The position numbers and the translations under genes were made by a program. Positions 52,332 to 60,285 of a DNA stretch of 64,000 nt are shown piece by piece (within the stretch, counting starts at the first letter, position 1; every line of letters begins with the position of its first letter). Below the pieces are notes generated by a model that saw nothing but the letters and a program-made list of their open reading frames with translations, did not search any database and was not told the origin of the DNA. Origin of the DNA: Patescibacteria group bacterium (GTDB lineage: Bacteria; Patescibacteriota; Patescibacteriia; Patescibacteriales; JBAZCA01); the NCBI GenBank assembly GCA_041671125.1, contig JBAZCA010000001.1, positions 136,120 through 200,119 on the forward strand, written 5' to 3'.

Positions 52332-53942
52332 TCACAAGCTCGCCAGATACCAGCTTAAGCAATTGGCGAACGCCTGGGCCGAGGCCTGGTTAGTATCAAT
52401 ATGGACCGCCCGGCCGGAAAAAGTATGGTTTTCGTCATTATTAATTCTTATCCGGCCGTAAACGTCGGCCAAAGCGTCTGATCCGGATGAAACCGCTACC
52501 GGCCGCCAGTCATTAAGGCTGATCTTCACTTTTTTTAACTCGGGATAAAATTCTTCCGCCGCCCGGATTACCGAGTGCATGATCGCGTCATACGGCCCGA
52601 CGCCGACTGAGGCGCTAATGCTTTCTTTGCCGTCAATTTCAACGACCACGGTCGCGGTCGGGAGACTGCCTTCTCCGCCGATAGCCTGACAGCGCTTTAC
52701 TTTAATCGGGAAAGGGATAATATCAATAGTCTCGTGCACAATCGCCGCCAGCTCCCGGTCGGATAAAGGCTTGCCGGCCATGGCCTCGGAAATTTTTACG
52801 GACTCGCTATAAATTTTTTGCAGTTCTTCTTTCCCGAGCGCGTATCCAAGCTCTTCCAGCCTGATGCGAAGCCCTTCCCGGCCGGAGGATTGGTTGATCA
52901 CGGTCGTAACTTTGGCATGACCGTAAGTTTCCGGGTGCCAGCTGTAATAAGCGCTCTCCATTCCCTGCTCCCGAGCTCGGGCTTCTATGGCCTGATGGGT
53001 GCCGGAAGAGCAGATTGAATTTTGCGCGCCGACGACGACCCAATGCCGCGGCACGTTCATGCCTAAGGCGTTCGCTATAAAGCTAACGATTTTTACGCAA
53101 AGCTCCGGTTTAAAATCAATCTTAAAATCACCGAACATGTCCTGCCGGGTATGCATGTTCATAATTATTGCCTCAAGTTTAGTCATGCCCGAGCGTTCGC
53201 CTAAACCGAAAAATGTTCCTTCAATAATGTCCGCGCCGTTTAACACGGCTTGCAGGGCGTTATGGGTTCCATGATCAGAGTCATTATGGCAGTGGATGGA
53301 AATAAGGGCGTTTTTCCGGTTAGGGACGTTTTCTTCAATTAGAGCGATTAAATCCCCGAATTCATTACCAACCCGAAGTCCGGTCGTATCCGGAATGTTG
53401 ACAACATCCGCTCCGGCGGAAATCACCGCGCCGACCATCCGGTACAAAAATTCCCGGCTGGTCCGAGCCGCGTCCTCCGGAGAATATTCTATACTTTTAA
53501 AACCAAGGCTCTTCGCGTAAGCCACCATAGCCCCTGCCTGGTCAATGGTCCAGTTTTGCTTTCCTTCCACAGTATCGCCGTATTTATCGGCGGCGAACAT
53601 GGCTTTGACAAAATCAGGCGAGGCCGGAATATAGATGTGGCATAAATCGCACCCCGCCTCCTTAATCGCGTCAATGTCTTCTTTTTTCGCCCGGGCCAGT
53701 CCGCCTAAAAGCGGCCTTTTTCCTTTGGCATTATTATTCACGAAATCCACAATCCGCCCGCAGTTTTCAAGCTGGACTTTAGAACTCCCGGGAAAACCGA
53801 TCTCAATCCGGTCAATGCCGCCTTCTAAAAGATAGCGGACATAAGTGAGCTGATCCCCGGGACTCATAGCCCCGCCCGAAACCTGGGCTGATTCCCGTAA
53901 GCAGACGTCGTTTAGCTGAATTTGTTTTTTGGCTTCGGTCAT
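52332..53942 (-). CDS. leuA: 2-isopropylmalate synthase family enzyme (a citramalate synthase cannot be excluded)
   Basis: LRESAQ, IEIGFPGSS and HCHNDSDHG are DRE-TIM HMGL-like motifs. C-terminal LeuA allosteric domain (GVGPYDAIMHSV...). Preceded by a Leu-rich leader. Confidence 0.85.
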   Translation of the reverse strand: MTEAKKQIQLNDVCLRESAQVSGGAMSPGDQLTYVRYLLEGGIDRIEIGFPGSSKVQLENCGRIVDFVNNNAKGKRPLLGGLARAKKEDIDAIKEAGCDLCHIYIPASPDFVKAMFAADKYGDTVEGKQNWTIDQAGAMVAYAKSLGFKSIEYSPEDAARTSREFLYRMVGAVISAGADVVNIPDTTGLRVGNEFGDLIALIEENVPNRKNALISIHCHNDSDHGTHNALQAVLNGADIIEGTFFGLGERSGMTKLEAIIMNMHTRQDMFGDFKIDFKPELCVKIVSFIANALGMNVPRHWVVVGAQNSICSSGTHQAIEARAREQGMESAYYSWHPETYGHAKVTTVINQSSGREGLRIRLEELGYALGKEELQKIYSESVKISEAMAGKPLSDRELAAIVHETIDIIPFPIKVKRCQAIGGEGSLPTATVVVEIDGKESISASVGVGPYDAIMHSVIRAAEEFYPELKKVKISLNDWRPVAVSSGSDALADVYGRIRINNDENHTFSGRAVHIDTNQASAQAFANCLSWYLASL

Positions 53943-53954
53943 AATTTAGATATC

Positions 53955-54100
53955 AAAATGACAATGCAAAAATTTAAAATATTGCATCGTCATCCTGAGC
54001 GTAGCGAAGGATCCCGTGAATAGAGCTATTACCACGAGATTCTTCGGCCTTCGGCCTCAGAATGACGAATTATTTTTTCATTTTACATTGTCATTTTGAT
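53955..54100. repeat. Family C repeat nested in an AT-rich outer palindrome
   Basis: Outer arms caaaatgacaatg / cattgtcattttg. Inner gtcatcctgagcgtagcgaaggatcccg...cggcctcagaatgac (53989-54066). Confidence 0.75.
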
Positions 54101-54123
54101 TTTTTGATTTTTACATTTTACAT

Positions 54124-54154
54124 TAATATAAAACGCCACCCTTTTTTAGGTGGC
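54124..54154 (-). terminator. leu attenuator terminator
   Basis: Minus strand reads GCCACC-UAAAAAA-GGGUGGC followed by GUUUUAUAUU. GCCACC can alternatively pair with GGGUGGC at 54191-54199 inside the leader ORF. Confidence 0.65.
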
Positions 54155-54179
54155 TTTCTTTCAATCTTCATCTAGTAAA

Positions 54180-54269
54180 CTACGTAAAAACCGCCACCCG
54201 TCTTAAAGGCAACAAGAGCAACAAGTTTAAAAACGGTTTAATATTTAATTTTTGATTTATTTTAAACAT
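54180..54269 (-). CDS. Candidate leader peptide, Leu-rich (29 aa)
   Basis: MFKINQKLNIKPFLNLLLLLPLRRVAVFT, verified codon by codon. 8 Leu, 5 of them consecutive (TTG TTG CTC TTG TTG). Confidence 0.65.
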   Translation of the reverse strand: MFKINQKLNIKPFLNLLLLLPLRRVAVFT

Positions 54270-54283
54270 ATAAAACCGCGCGG

Positions 54284-54412
54284 CTAAGCGACTTTCAAGA
54301 TTGATTTTATTTTTCTAACGTCCTCTTCCAGCGTCTTTACCATACCCAAAACAATCTCATTTTTCTCATCAAACTTATTTAATATTTCAAGTTTTTTATT
54401 ATCCTTGTCCAT
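54284..54412 (-). CDS. Candidate 42-aa helical small ORF preceding the Leu leader
   Basis: MDKDNKKLEILNKFDEKNEIVLGMVKTLEEDVRKIKSILKVA. The ATG lies 9 nt after a consensus -10 box. Its stop is 14 nt before the Leu-leader ATG. Confidence 0.4.
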   Translation of the reverse strand: MDKDNKKLEILNKFDEKNEIVLGMVKTLEEDVRKIKSILKVA

Positions 54413-54421
54413 ATTAACTCT

Positions 54422-54450
54422 ATTATATAAGCGGAGTCAGAAGTTGTCAA
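54422..54450 (-). promoter_or_regulatory. Consensus sigma70 promoter
   Basis: Minus strand reads TTGACA (54445-54450), 17 nt spacer, TATAAT (54422-54427). Confidence 0.65.
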
Positions 54451-54470
54451 ACGATTTATTAAGAAGAGAA

Positions 54471-54495
54471 GGCTGCCTGGAAAAACAAGGCAGCC
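54471..54495 (-). terminator. Hairpin terminator after the Cys-rich ORF
   Basis: Minus strand reads GGCUGCCUUG-UUUUU-CCAGGCAGCC followed by UUCUCUUCUU. Confidence 0.5.
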
Positions 54496-54504
54496 ATGAA
54501 CTGT

Positions 54505-54837
54505 TCATATTATCTCCTTTCTCCCCGGTATACATACCCGGGGCAATAAATCTCCTTTGACGTGCCCTTCAGCGAAGGGCACGTCAACGCCGCCGGAGGA
54601 AGGAGCCTCAGGCTCCTTCTTTTTTGTTAAGACCCTTAGCCGATACTCCGGCAAAGGTTCGCACTCAACACAAACCCCGTCATAAGTGACCGGAGCCTGC
54701 GCCGACGGGCACTTCACTCCCCGGAAATCGCAACCAGCGCATATCCGGAAAATTTCATGACCGTCTTCCCTGATAAAAAGGCACCCGTGCGGTTCATCGC
54801 GGTCGCACTCTTCGCACTTCCTCCAAAAATGAAACAT
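54505..54837 (-). CDS. Small Cys-rich (zinc-ribbon-like) protein; the 3' third is built of hairpin repeats
   Basis: MFHFWRKCEECDRDEPHGC...RICAGCDFRGVKC...CVEC. Preceded by CCGGAAAGGAGGAAGGA then ATG. The last 40 or so codons overlap three consecutive perfect hairpins, so the real C-terminus is uncertain. Confidence 0.4.
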   Translation of the reverse strand: MFHFWRKCEECDRDEPHGCLFIREDGHEIFRICAGCDFRGVKCPSAQAPVTYDGVCVECEPLPEYRLRVLTKKKEPEAPSSGGVDVPFAEGHVKGDLLPRVCIPGRKEII

Positions 54838-54881
54838 TCCTTCCTCCTTTCCGGGTCATGCCGCCTTCCGGCGCGACCCTT

Positions 54882-54983
54882 TTGTCTGAACCACTGATTT
54901 TCACAGAGAACACTGATTTCACTGATATATTAAATTAATCAGTGTAATCTGAGAAATCACGTGAAAATTAGTGGTTCAGACAA
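54882..54983. repeat. 102 bp nested inverted repeat upstream of the Cys-rich ORF
   Basis: Arms ttgtctgaaccactgattttcac (54882-54904) and gtgaaaattagtggttcagacaa (54961-54983), with one mismatch. Inner palindrome cactgat-atattaaatta-atcagtg. Confidence 0.8.
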
Positions 54984-55215
54984 AAATCAATCGTAAATTG
55001 ACAATCGTCAATTCCCAGGGGTGGGAAGAGGGCTAAGAAGTCTCAACCGGTCAGATGTGAATTGACCAGGAAATTTCTTAGCCCTCAGATGTTACGCGGC
55101 TTAGGTCCGGACATTCGTCCCGTAGTGGATACGGGACTACTCAAGCGTCAAAGACCGACGCTTATTGCGGCAAAGAACTGCCGCAAATTCCGGAACCCGG
55201 GAGGGCTCGGCGTGG

Positions 55216-55392
55216 TTACATCAGAGTTTTGGGCCTCCTTTTCGCGGGCATAGCATAATACCCGTAAGTCATGGGGCCCTCGTCGGCCTCAGATTCCTCA
55301 GCATCTTCCTTAAGCCAAGGTCCCAAAAGGCACGCTACTCCTCCATCCTCTGTCATAACCACTTCTTGTTGCATCTCTCCGAGCTCTCTCAT
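55216..55392 (-). CDS. Candidate 58-aa acidic small protein
   Basis: MRELGEMQQEVVMTEDGGVACLLGPWLKEDAEESEADEGPMTYGYYAMPAKRRPKTLM. Preceded by CAAGGAGGG and 7 nt, then ATG. Confidence 0.35.
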   Translation of the reverse strand: MRELGEMQQEVVMTEDGGVACLLGPWLKEDAEESEADEGPMTYGYYAMPAKRRPKTLM

Positions 55393-55673
55393 TTTAAACC
55401 CTCCTTGAAAATCTGCGCCCCTCGCCTCCGTCGAAAAAAATTTGAGGCTTAGGGCAAAATCAAAAAACAAAAACCGTATACTGGCCGCGTGCGGCCGTCC
55501 GGATCCTTTTTGGGACACGGTCAGAACTTTAAGCGTTAATAACTGGCAAAATTCACCAGTTGCTTAAAATCCAGCCAAACGGACCGCCCTGCCCGCCTTA
55601 ACTTTTTAAGAAAGGCGGGGCGATCCGCTACCAGCCAAATTTTCAAAGAACTTTTTCCGCTTCTGTCATCCTG

Positions 55674-55739
55674 AACGGAGTGAAGGATCTCGCGGTTAAC
55701 ACGAGATTCTTCGTTCCGCTCCGCTTCACTCAGAATGAC
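55674..55739. repeat. Family C palindromic repeat
   Basis: tgtcatcctgaacggagtgaaggatctcg...gagattcttcgttccgctccgcttcactcagaatgac. Confidence 0.75.
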
Positions 55740-56038
55740 GATATCGCGCCTTACAAAAAACCCGCACTCCTTTTTGGGTCCGGGCCTATTTTCTGTTATC
55801 TGTCGTCTGTTATCTGTTATCTAATTCCCGGCCCGGGCGCTTGCACGTGAAACCAAACCATGTAAATGGTCGCCAAATTGCCCTTAAAGCCGTAGTTAGT
55901 TTTTAACGCTGAATATTTCATAAAACAATTCTGCAATATTTCAATTATAATAGCACAAACCCCTAAACCTCGTCAATAGCTAAAATTTTCCTGTAAAGTT
56001 AAATAAAAATTAAAAATTGATCATTGGTAATTGATAAT

Positions 56039-56650
56039 TTACTCAAGTATTCCGTCAATATTGACGTCATACAAAATCTTCTCCTGAATATGGGTGTATT
56101 TAACGATTTCTTCCGGTTTAAACCAGTTGGGAATTTCCTTTTCCGCTTCCTCAACCGCTCCCGAAGCGTGGATAAGGTTCCGCACCGAGCGGCTGTCCAT
56201 GTCGGCCATGGCGTAAGAATCCAAAGTGAAATCGCCGCGAACGGTTCCGACGTCGGATGATAACGGTTCGGTCGCGCCGGTAATTTTCCGGACTAATCCG
56301 ACCGCGTGCGCTCCCTGCCAGACCATAGCGATAACCGGTCCCGAGGCTAAATATTTAGCGTTTGATTTTAAGACCGCCATGCCGTTTTCGCGGTTAGTCT
56401 TATAGGGCGAAGTAAGGCCTTTTTTCTCATAAGCCGCTCTCGCCTTTCTTCCCACTTCTTCCAGCCATGCTTCTCCGCCGACGTCGTAATAATGCTTCTC
56501 CGCCATTTCCAAGCCAGCTACGGTAATTTTTAAGCCGATTAACTTCAGCCCCACCCGCTCGTAGCGGCGAATAATTTCGCCGATTAAAGACCTCTGCACG
56601 CCGTCAGGCTTTATAATGACAAGTGTTCGTTCGTTTTTTGGATGAGACAT
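56039..56650 (-). CDS. ndk: Nucleoside diphosphate kinase (long form with an internal insertion)
   Basis: TLVIIKPDGVQR and NLIHASG (catalytic His region). There is an extra segment of about 50 aa relative to 140-150 aa Ndk proteins. Confidence 0.85.
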   Translation of the reverse strand: MSHPKNERTLVIIKPDGVQRSLIGEIIRRYERVGLKLIGLKITVAGLEMAEKHYYDVGGEAWLEEVGRKARAAYEKKGLTSPYKTNRENGMAVLKSNAKYLASGPVIAMVWQGAHAVGLVRKITGATEPLSSDVGTVRGDFTLDSYAMADMDSRSVRNLIHASGAVEEAEKEIPNWFKPEEIVKYTHIQEKILYDVNIDGILE

Positions 56651-56689
56651 AAATAGAATTTTTAATTTTTATAATTTTTAATTTTTAAA
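56651..56689. repeat. Family E arm flanking the four-helix-bundle gene (left)
   Basis: aatagaatttttaatttttataatttttaatttttaaatt is an approximate reverse complement of 57035-57073. Confidence 0.7.
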
Positions 56690-57034
56690 TTATGCATCAC
56701 AACTTTTAGATATTTTGGCAAAAATCAATGTTAATTCATGAGATTCTTTCCATAATTTTCTGCATCGGTCTTTTTCTTCGGGAATAGCAATAGCTATCAT
56801 TCTCAGCCAATGTTTAGTTTCATTGGCTTCTTTTTGGCAAATTTTTATTTTATTTCGGAAATCTTTCTTCGAGCTTGCCTGATTTGCCTCCATATAATTC
56901 GCCCCGATACTAGTCGCCGATCTTATGAATTGATTTATGAGTGACCGGTTTACTTCATTTTTCTTAACTTTCAAACAAAAATAAACAGCATCTTCTCCAT
57001 ATTTTGCGGTCCTTTCCTCTAAATCGTACCGCAT
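56690..57034 (-). CDS. Four-helix-bundle protein (23S rRNA intervening-sequence protein family)
   Basis: LINQFIRSATSIGANYMEANQASSKKDFRNKIKICQKEANETKHWL matches the family signature QLxRSxxSIxANIxEG...KDF...E. Confidence 0.8.
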   Translation of the reverse strand: MRYDLEERTAKYGEDAVYFCLKVKKNEVNRSLINQFIRSATSIGANYMEANQASSKKDFRNKIKICQKEANETKHWLRMIAIAIPEEKDRCRKLWKESHELTLIFAKISKSCDA

Positions 57035-57073
57035 ACAATCATTAAAAATTTAAAAATTATAAAATTAAAAATT
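57035..57073. repeat. Family E arm flanking the four-helix-bundle gene (right)
   Basis: caatcattaaaaatttaaaaattataaaattaaaaattc. Confidence 0.7.
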
Positions 57074-57535
57074 CTATCTGATGTATTTCTCCACTTTTTC
57101 AACGATTTGCGCCGGAGTAAGGTCGGCTTTAACGACGTAATCCGAAGCGCCCATTTTTTTTCCTTTTTCTATGTCTTCGGTCGTGCCGAGGTTGGTCATG
57201 ATAATAACCGGCGTGTCTTTCATCCCGGGAGCGGCCTTAATTTCGGCTAAAACCGAAAAACCGTCAACCATCGGCATCATGATATCCAATAAAATCAAAT
57301 CCGGCTTTTCTTTTTTCGCGAGCAAAAGGCCCTCGTTGCCGTCGCTCGCCGTAAGGGCGATAAATCCATGATCTTCAAGCTTCATCTTATACATGCCCGA
57401 GATCATCGTATCGTCTTCAATTATCAGCACCTTTTTTTTACTACTCCCTTTCTTGCTTTCCCCGCTTTTTTCTTTTATTTCGTCTTTTTTGTTTTTAGGC
57501 ATAAACTTAGTAAACAGTAAATAGTAAACAGACAA
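57074..57535 (-). CDS. Stand-alone response regulator receiver (CheY-like) protein
   Basis: VLIIEDD, DLILLDIMMPMVDG (phospho-acceptor Asp) and IIMTN...K motifs. No output domain. Confidence 0.85.
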   Translation of the reverse strand: MSVYYLLFTKFMPKNKKDEIKEKSGESKKGSSKKKVLIIEDDTMISGMYKMKLEDHGFIALTASDGNEGLLLAKKEKPDLILLDIMMPMVDGFSVLAEIKAAPGMKDTPVIIMTNLGTTEDIEKGKKMGASDYVVKADLTPAQIVEKVEKYIR

Positions 57536-57603
57536 CAGTAAGCAGTAAAAATAAAATCTATTTACTGTTTACTATTGTCTATTTACTTCTTATCATATCA
57601 GCC

Positions 57604-58146
57604 TTATCTTAAAATTTCAACCCTTGCCCCGTCGCTTACAATCTTTATCGTTCCCGCCTCGTCGGTCCGGAAAACTTTTGCTCCGGCGCGCTCCAGCTTT
57701 TTTATCGTCCTTAAACTCGGATGCCCGAATTGGTTATCCTTTCCCACCTCAATTACCGCAATCTCCGGCTTAACTGCTTTTAAAAAATCCTCGCTGGTAG
57801 CCGTGTCCGATCCGTGGTGTCCAATTTTCAATACATCGGCGGATAAGTCAACCCCGCTTTCTAGTATTTCCTTTTCTTCTTCTCTCTCAGCGTCGCCGGT
57901 AAATGAAAAACTGGTATTGCCATATACCAGCCTCGCGACGATTGAAGTATTATTTAAGTTTTCAACTTCTTTATTCAAAAAACTTTCAAGGGGATAAAGT
58001 ATTTCAAGCCGGCAGTTGTCGCCGAGCTTAATCGTCTGCGGCCGGTCAATGATTACCATTGGAATTTTTTTGTCCCGGACAACTTCCAGCCAGGCAATAT
58101 AGTTCGGGCTGTCATGGTTAACGCCGGTGTAAAGAATTTTCTCCAC
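57604..58146 (-). pseudogene. Displaced 3' portion of the ComEC-like MBL-fold gene (attachment-site remnant)
   Basis: The 180 aa product aligns by eye with residues about 108-285 of the 63045..63902 product, with most positions identical. It lacks the N-terminal TM segment and the HxHxDH motif. Confidence 0.7.
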
Positions 58147-58147
58147 C

Positions 58148-59779
58148 TTAAATCTTTCTAAAACGTTTATCAGACCGGTAACATGTATGATATGAACAAT
58201 GTTTTATATCCTCGTCAGTTTTATCTGATATCTCTACTATCGGAAAATAACCAATTATCGTTATTCTATCCTTTAAAAATACGATTTTCTTAATAATCTG
58301 CTGAAGAAAAAATCTTTTTTGTTTTTGGTCTAATGTCCTGGCCTTTTTCTTAGCCGTCTGGCAATACCTACCGATATTTTCGTTTATTTCTTTCCTCTTG
58401 TCCAGTAGCTCAATCTTTGTCTTTGCTTCTCCCAGTCTATTATTAAGCCCCTCGGCTTGATCATCCAGTTCTTCAATTTTCATTTGGTAATTATCCCGGT
58501 CAACCAGTCCGTCGGAATATAAATCCAATAATTTCATTTTTCTTTTGTTGATGTTTTCAATTTGAGCATTTAATGAGTTAATCGCGACTTCTAACTTCCG
58601 TCGGCTTTCGCTTTTTTTATCCCGCAGTATATCAATATACTTTTTTATTATGCTTGGCTGTAAAACCTTTTTAATAACTACATCCCAAACCGCATTTTCC
58701 AAATCTTCTCCAAAAACATAATAATTATCGCATTTTTGCTTTATTACTTCCGGAATATGACTAGAATTTTTTTCCCGATAATTGCATTTATAAACACGTT
58801 TCTTAGTATTCCAGACCGCTCCGGTATAAGTATGGTCGCAAATACCGCATTTTATCAAGCCGCTCAAAAGGTATTTCTCATCAGTTCCCCGATTCATTCT
58901 TTGATTTCTCTTTATTTTTTCCTGGACTCTATTAAAAAGCTCCTCGCTAATTATAGCCGGTATAGGGACGGGTATCCATTCGCTTTCATCTCTCGGCCGG
59001 GTTTTAGTCTTCCTGTTTCTGGCATATCTCGTATTTTTATTATCGCTTTCAATTCTTTCAGCCCGGTTGAAGTAATGCAAGCCGAAATAACTGGTATTTT
59101 TCAATATCCGGCTAATTGAACTTCTGCCCCAAAAATAATTGCCTTGAGCGGTTTTGATTTTTCTTTTTTCAAGGAATTTTATCAGCCCGGTAATGCTAGT
59201 GTCTGTGTTGGCGTAAGTTTCATAAATTAGCCGGACTACTTCGGCGTGTTCCTCATTTATTTTATAATAGCCGTCTGTCTTATCCGTCCTCTTGATATAT
59301 GAATAGCCGAACAACTGACCGCCATCCACGATCTTGCCCCGCCGGGCTTTCTCTTTCCGCCCCCTCATCAGCCTTTCAACTATTTTTGCCTTTTCTAATT
59401 CATTAACCGCTCCCATTACCGTCAAGGTAAATTTATTTTCCGGGTTGTCAATGTAGTTTTTGCCCCTGATTATAATTTTCTTTCCGTATTTCAACAGTTC
59501 GGAGATAATAATATTTTGATAGGTAGAGTCTCTCGCAATCCGGTCAGAGTCTAAAAAATATACCACATCAAAAAGATTGGTTTTTACATCATTTCTTAAC
59601 TCGTCAAGCGCCGGGCGATCCAGCCTTGTTCCAGACCAGCCGTTGTCCGAATACTCCCGGATGAGAATATTGCCGTCTTTTTTGATTTGTTGGATGAGTT
59701 CGCTTTTTTGGCTTTCTATCGTTCCCCGCTCTTCTTGCAAGGACGTGCTCACCCGGGCATAATACACAGCTTTTTCCAT
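58148..59779 (-). CDS. Large serine recombinase (integrase)
   Basis: AVYYARVSTSLQ (catalytic Ser), a resolvase domain, a recombinase domain, a zinc ribbon (CGICDH...YKC) and a coiled coil. Start placed at MEKAVYY. Confidence 0.9.
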   Translation of the reverse strand: MEKAVYYARVSTSLQEERGTIESQKSELIQQIKKDGNILIREYSDNGWSGTRLDRPALDELRNDVKTNLFDVVYFLDSDRIARDSTYQNIIISELLKYGKKIIIRGKNYIDNPENKFTLTVMGAVNELEKAKIVERLMRGRKEKARRGKIVDGGQLFGYSYIKRTDKTDGYYKINEEHAEVVRLIYETYANTDTSITGLIKFLEKRKIKTAQGNYFWGRSSISRILKNTSYFGLHYFNRAERIESDNKNTRYARNRKTKTRPRDESEWIPVPIPAIISEELFNRVQEKIKRNQRMNRGTDEKYLLSGLIKCGICDHTYTGAVWNTKKRVYKCNYREKNSSHIPEVIKQKCDNYYVFGEDLENAVWDVVIKKVLQPSIIKKYIDILRDKKSESRRKLEVAINSLNAQIENINKRKMKLLDLYSDGLVDRDNYQMKIEELDDQAEGLNNRLGEAKTKIELLDKRKEINENIGRYCQTAKKKARTLDQKQKRFFLQQIIKKIVFLKDRITIIGYFPIVEISDKTDEDIKHCSYHTCYRSDKRFRKI

Positions 59780-59849
59780 ACATTTTTTACCACTTATAAA
59801 CATTCCTAAATCGGCAGTTTTTACCAAAGAGAATTAATCAATTTTTATT

Positions 59850-60029
59850 TTAAAGCTTAAAAAATATTTTACTTTTTTCAGCGCTAAAATTTTCCCAAAA
59901 ATCAAGAACCCGCCAATTATGCCCAACCTTGACCGCTTTAAGCCGACCGGAAGCAATCAGCCGATAAACAGATTTCGGCGATATCCTTAGCAACTCGGCT
60001 ACCTCTTTGATAGTAAGAATTTTTTCCAT
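59850..60029 (-). CDS. Excisionase/MerR-type helix-turn-helix protein (59 aa)
   Basis: Own translation: MEKILTIKEVAELLRISPKSVYRLIASGRLKAVKVGHNWRVLDFWENF... This is the typical excisionase-family HTH pattern. One residue below the ORF-track cut-off. Confidence 0.6.
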   Translation of the reverse strand: MEKILTIKEVAELLRISPKSVYRLIASGRLKAVKVGHNWRVLDFWENFSAEKSKIFFKL

Positions 60030-60285
60030 AAGTTTGCTAACTTTAGCTAAATTATGGTTTTATTATATTCCACCAGTCTAGCTTGTAAATAGCTTCCTAT
60101 CTTGTCCCTTTCTGGCCATATCCATTTACTAGCTAAACTTAACCCTGAAAACGTCCCGGTTGGCGAACTATGCCATTAAGGTAATTTCCATTAAAAACCA
60201 AACCGGAACGCTCTCAGGGAAAAAACAGGGTCAATCCGAGCCATTATTGAACACCTCAAGGATCTACTTTTTAAAAACCGAGGTC

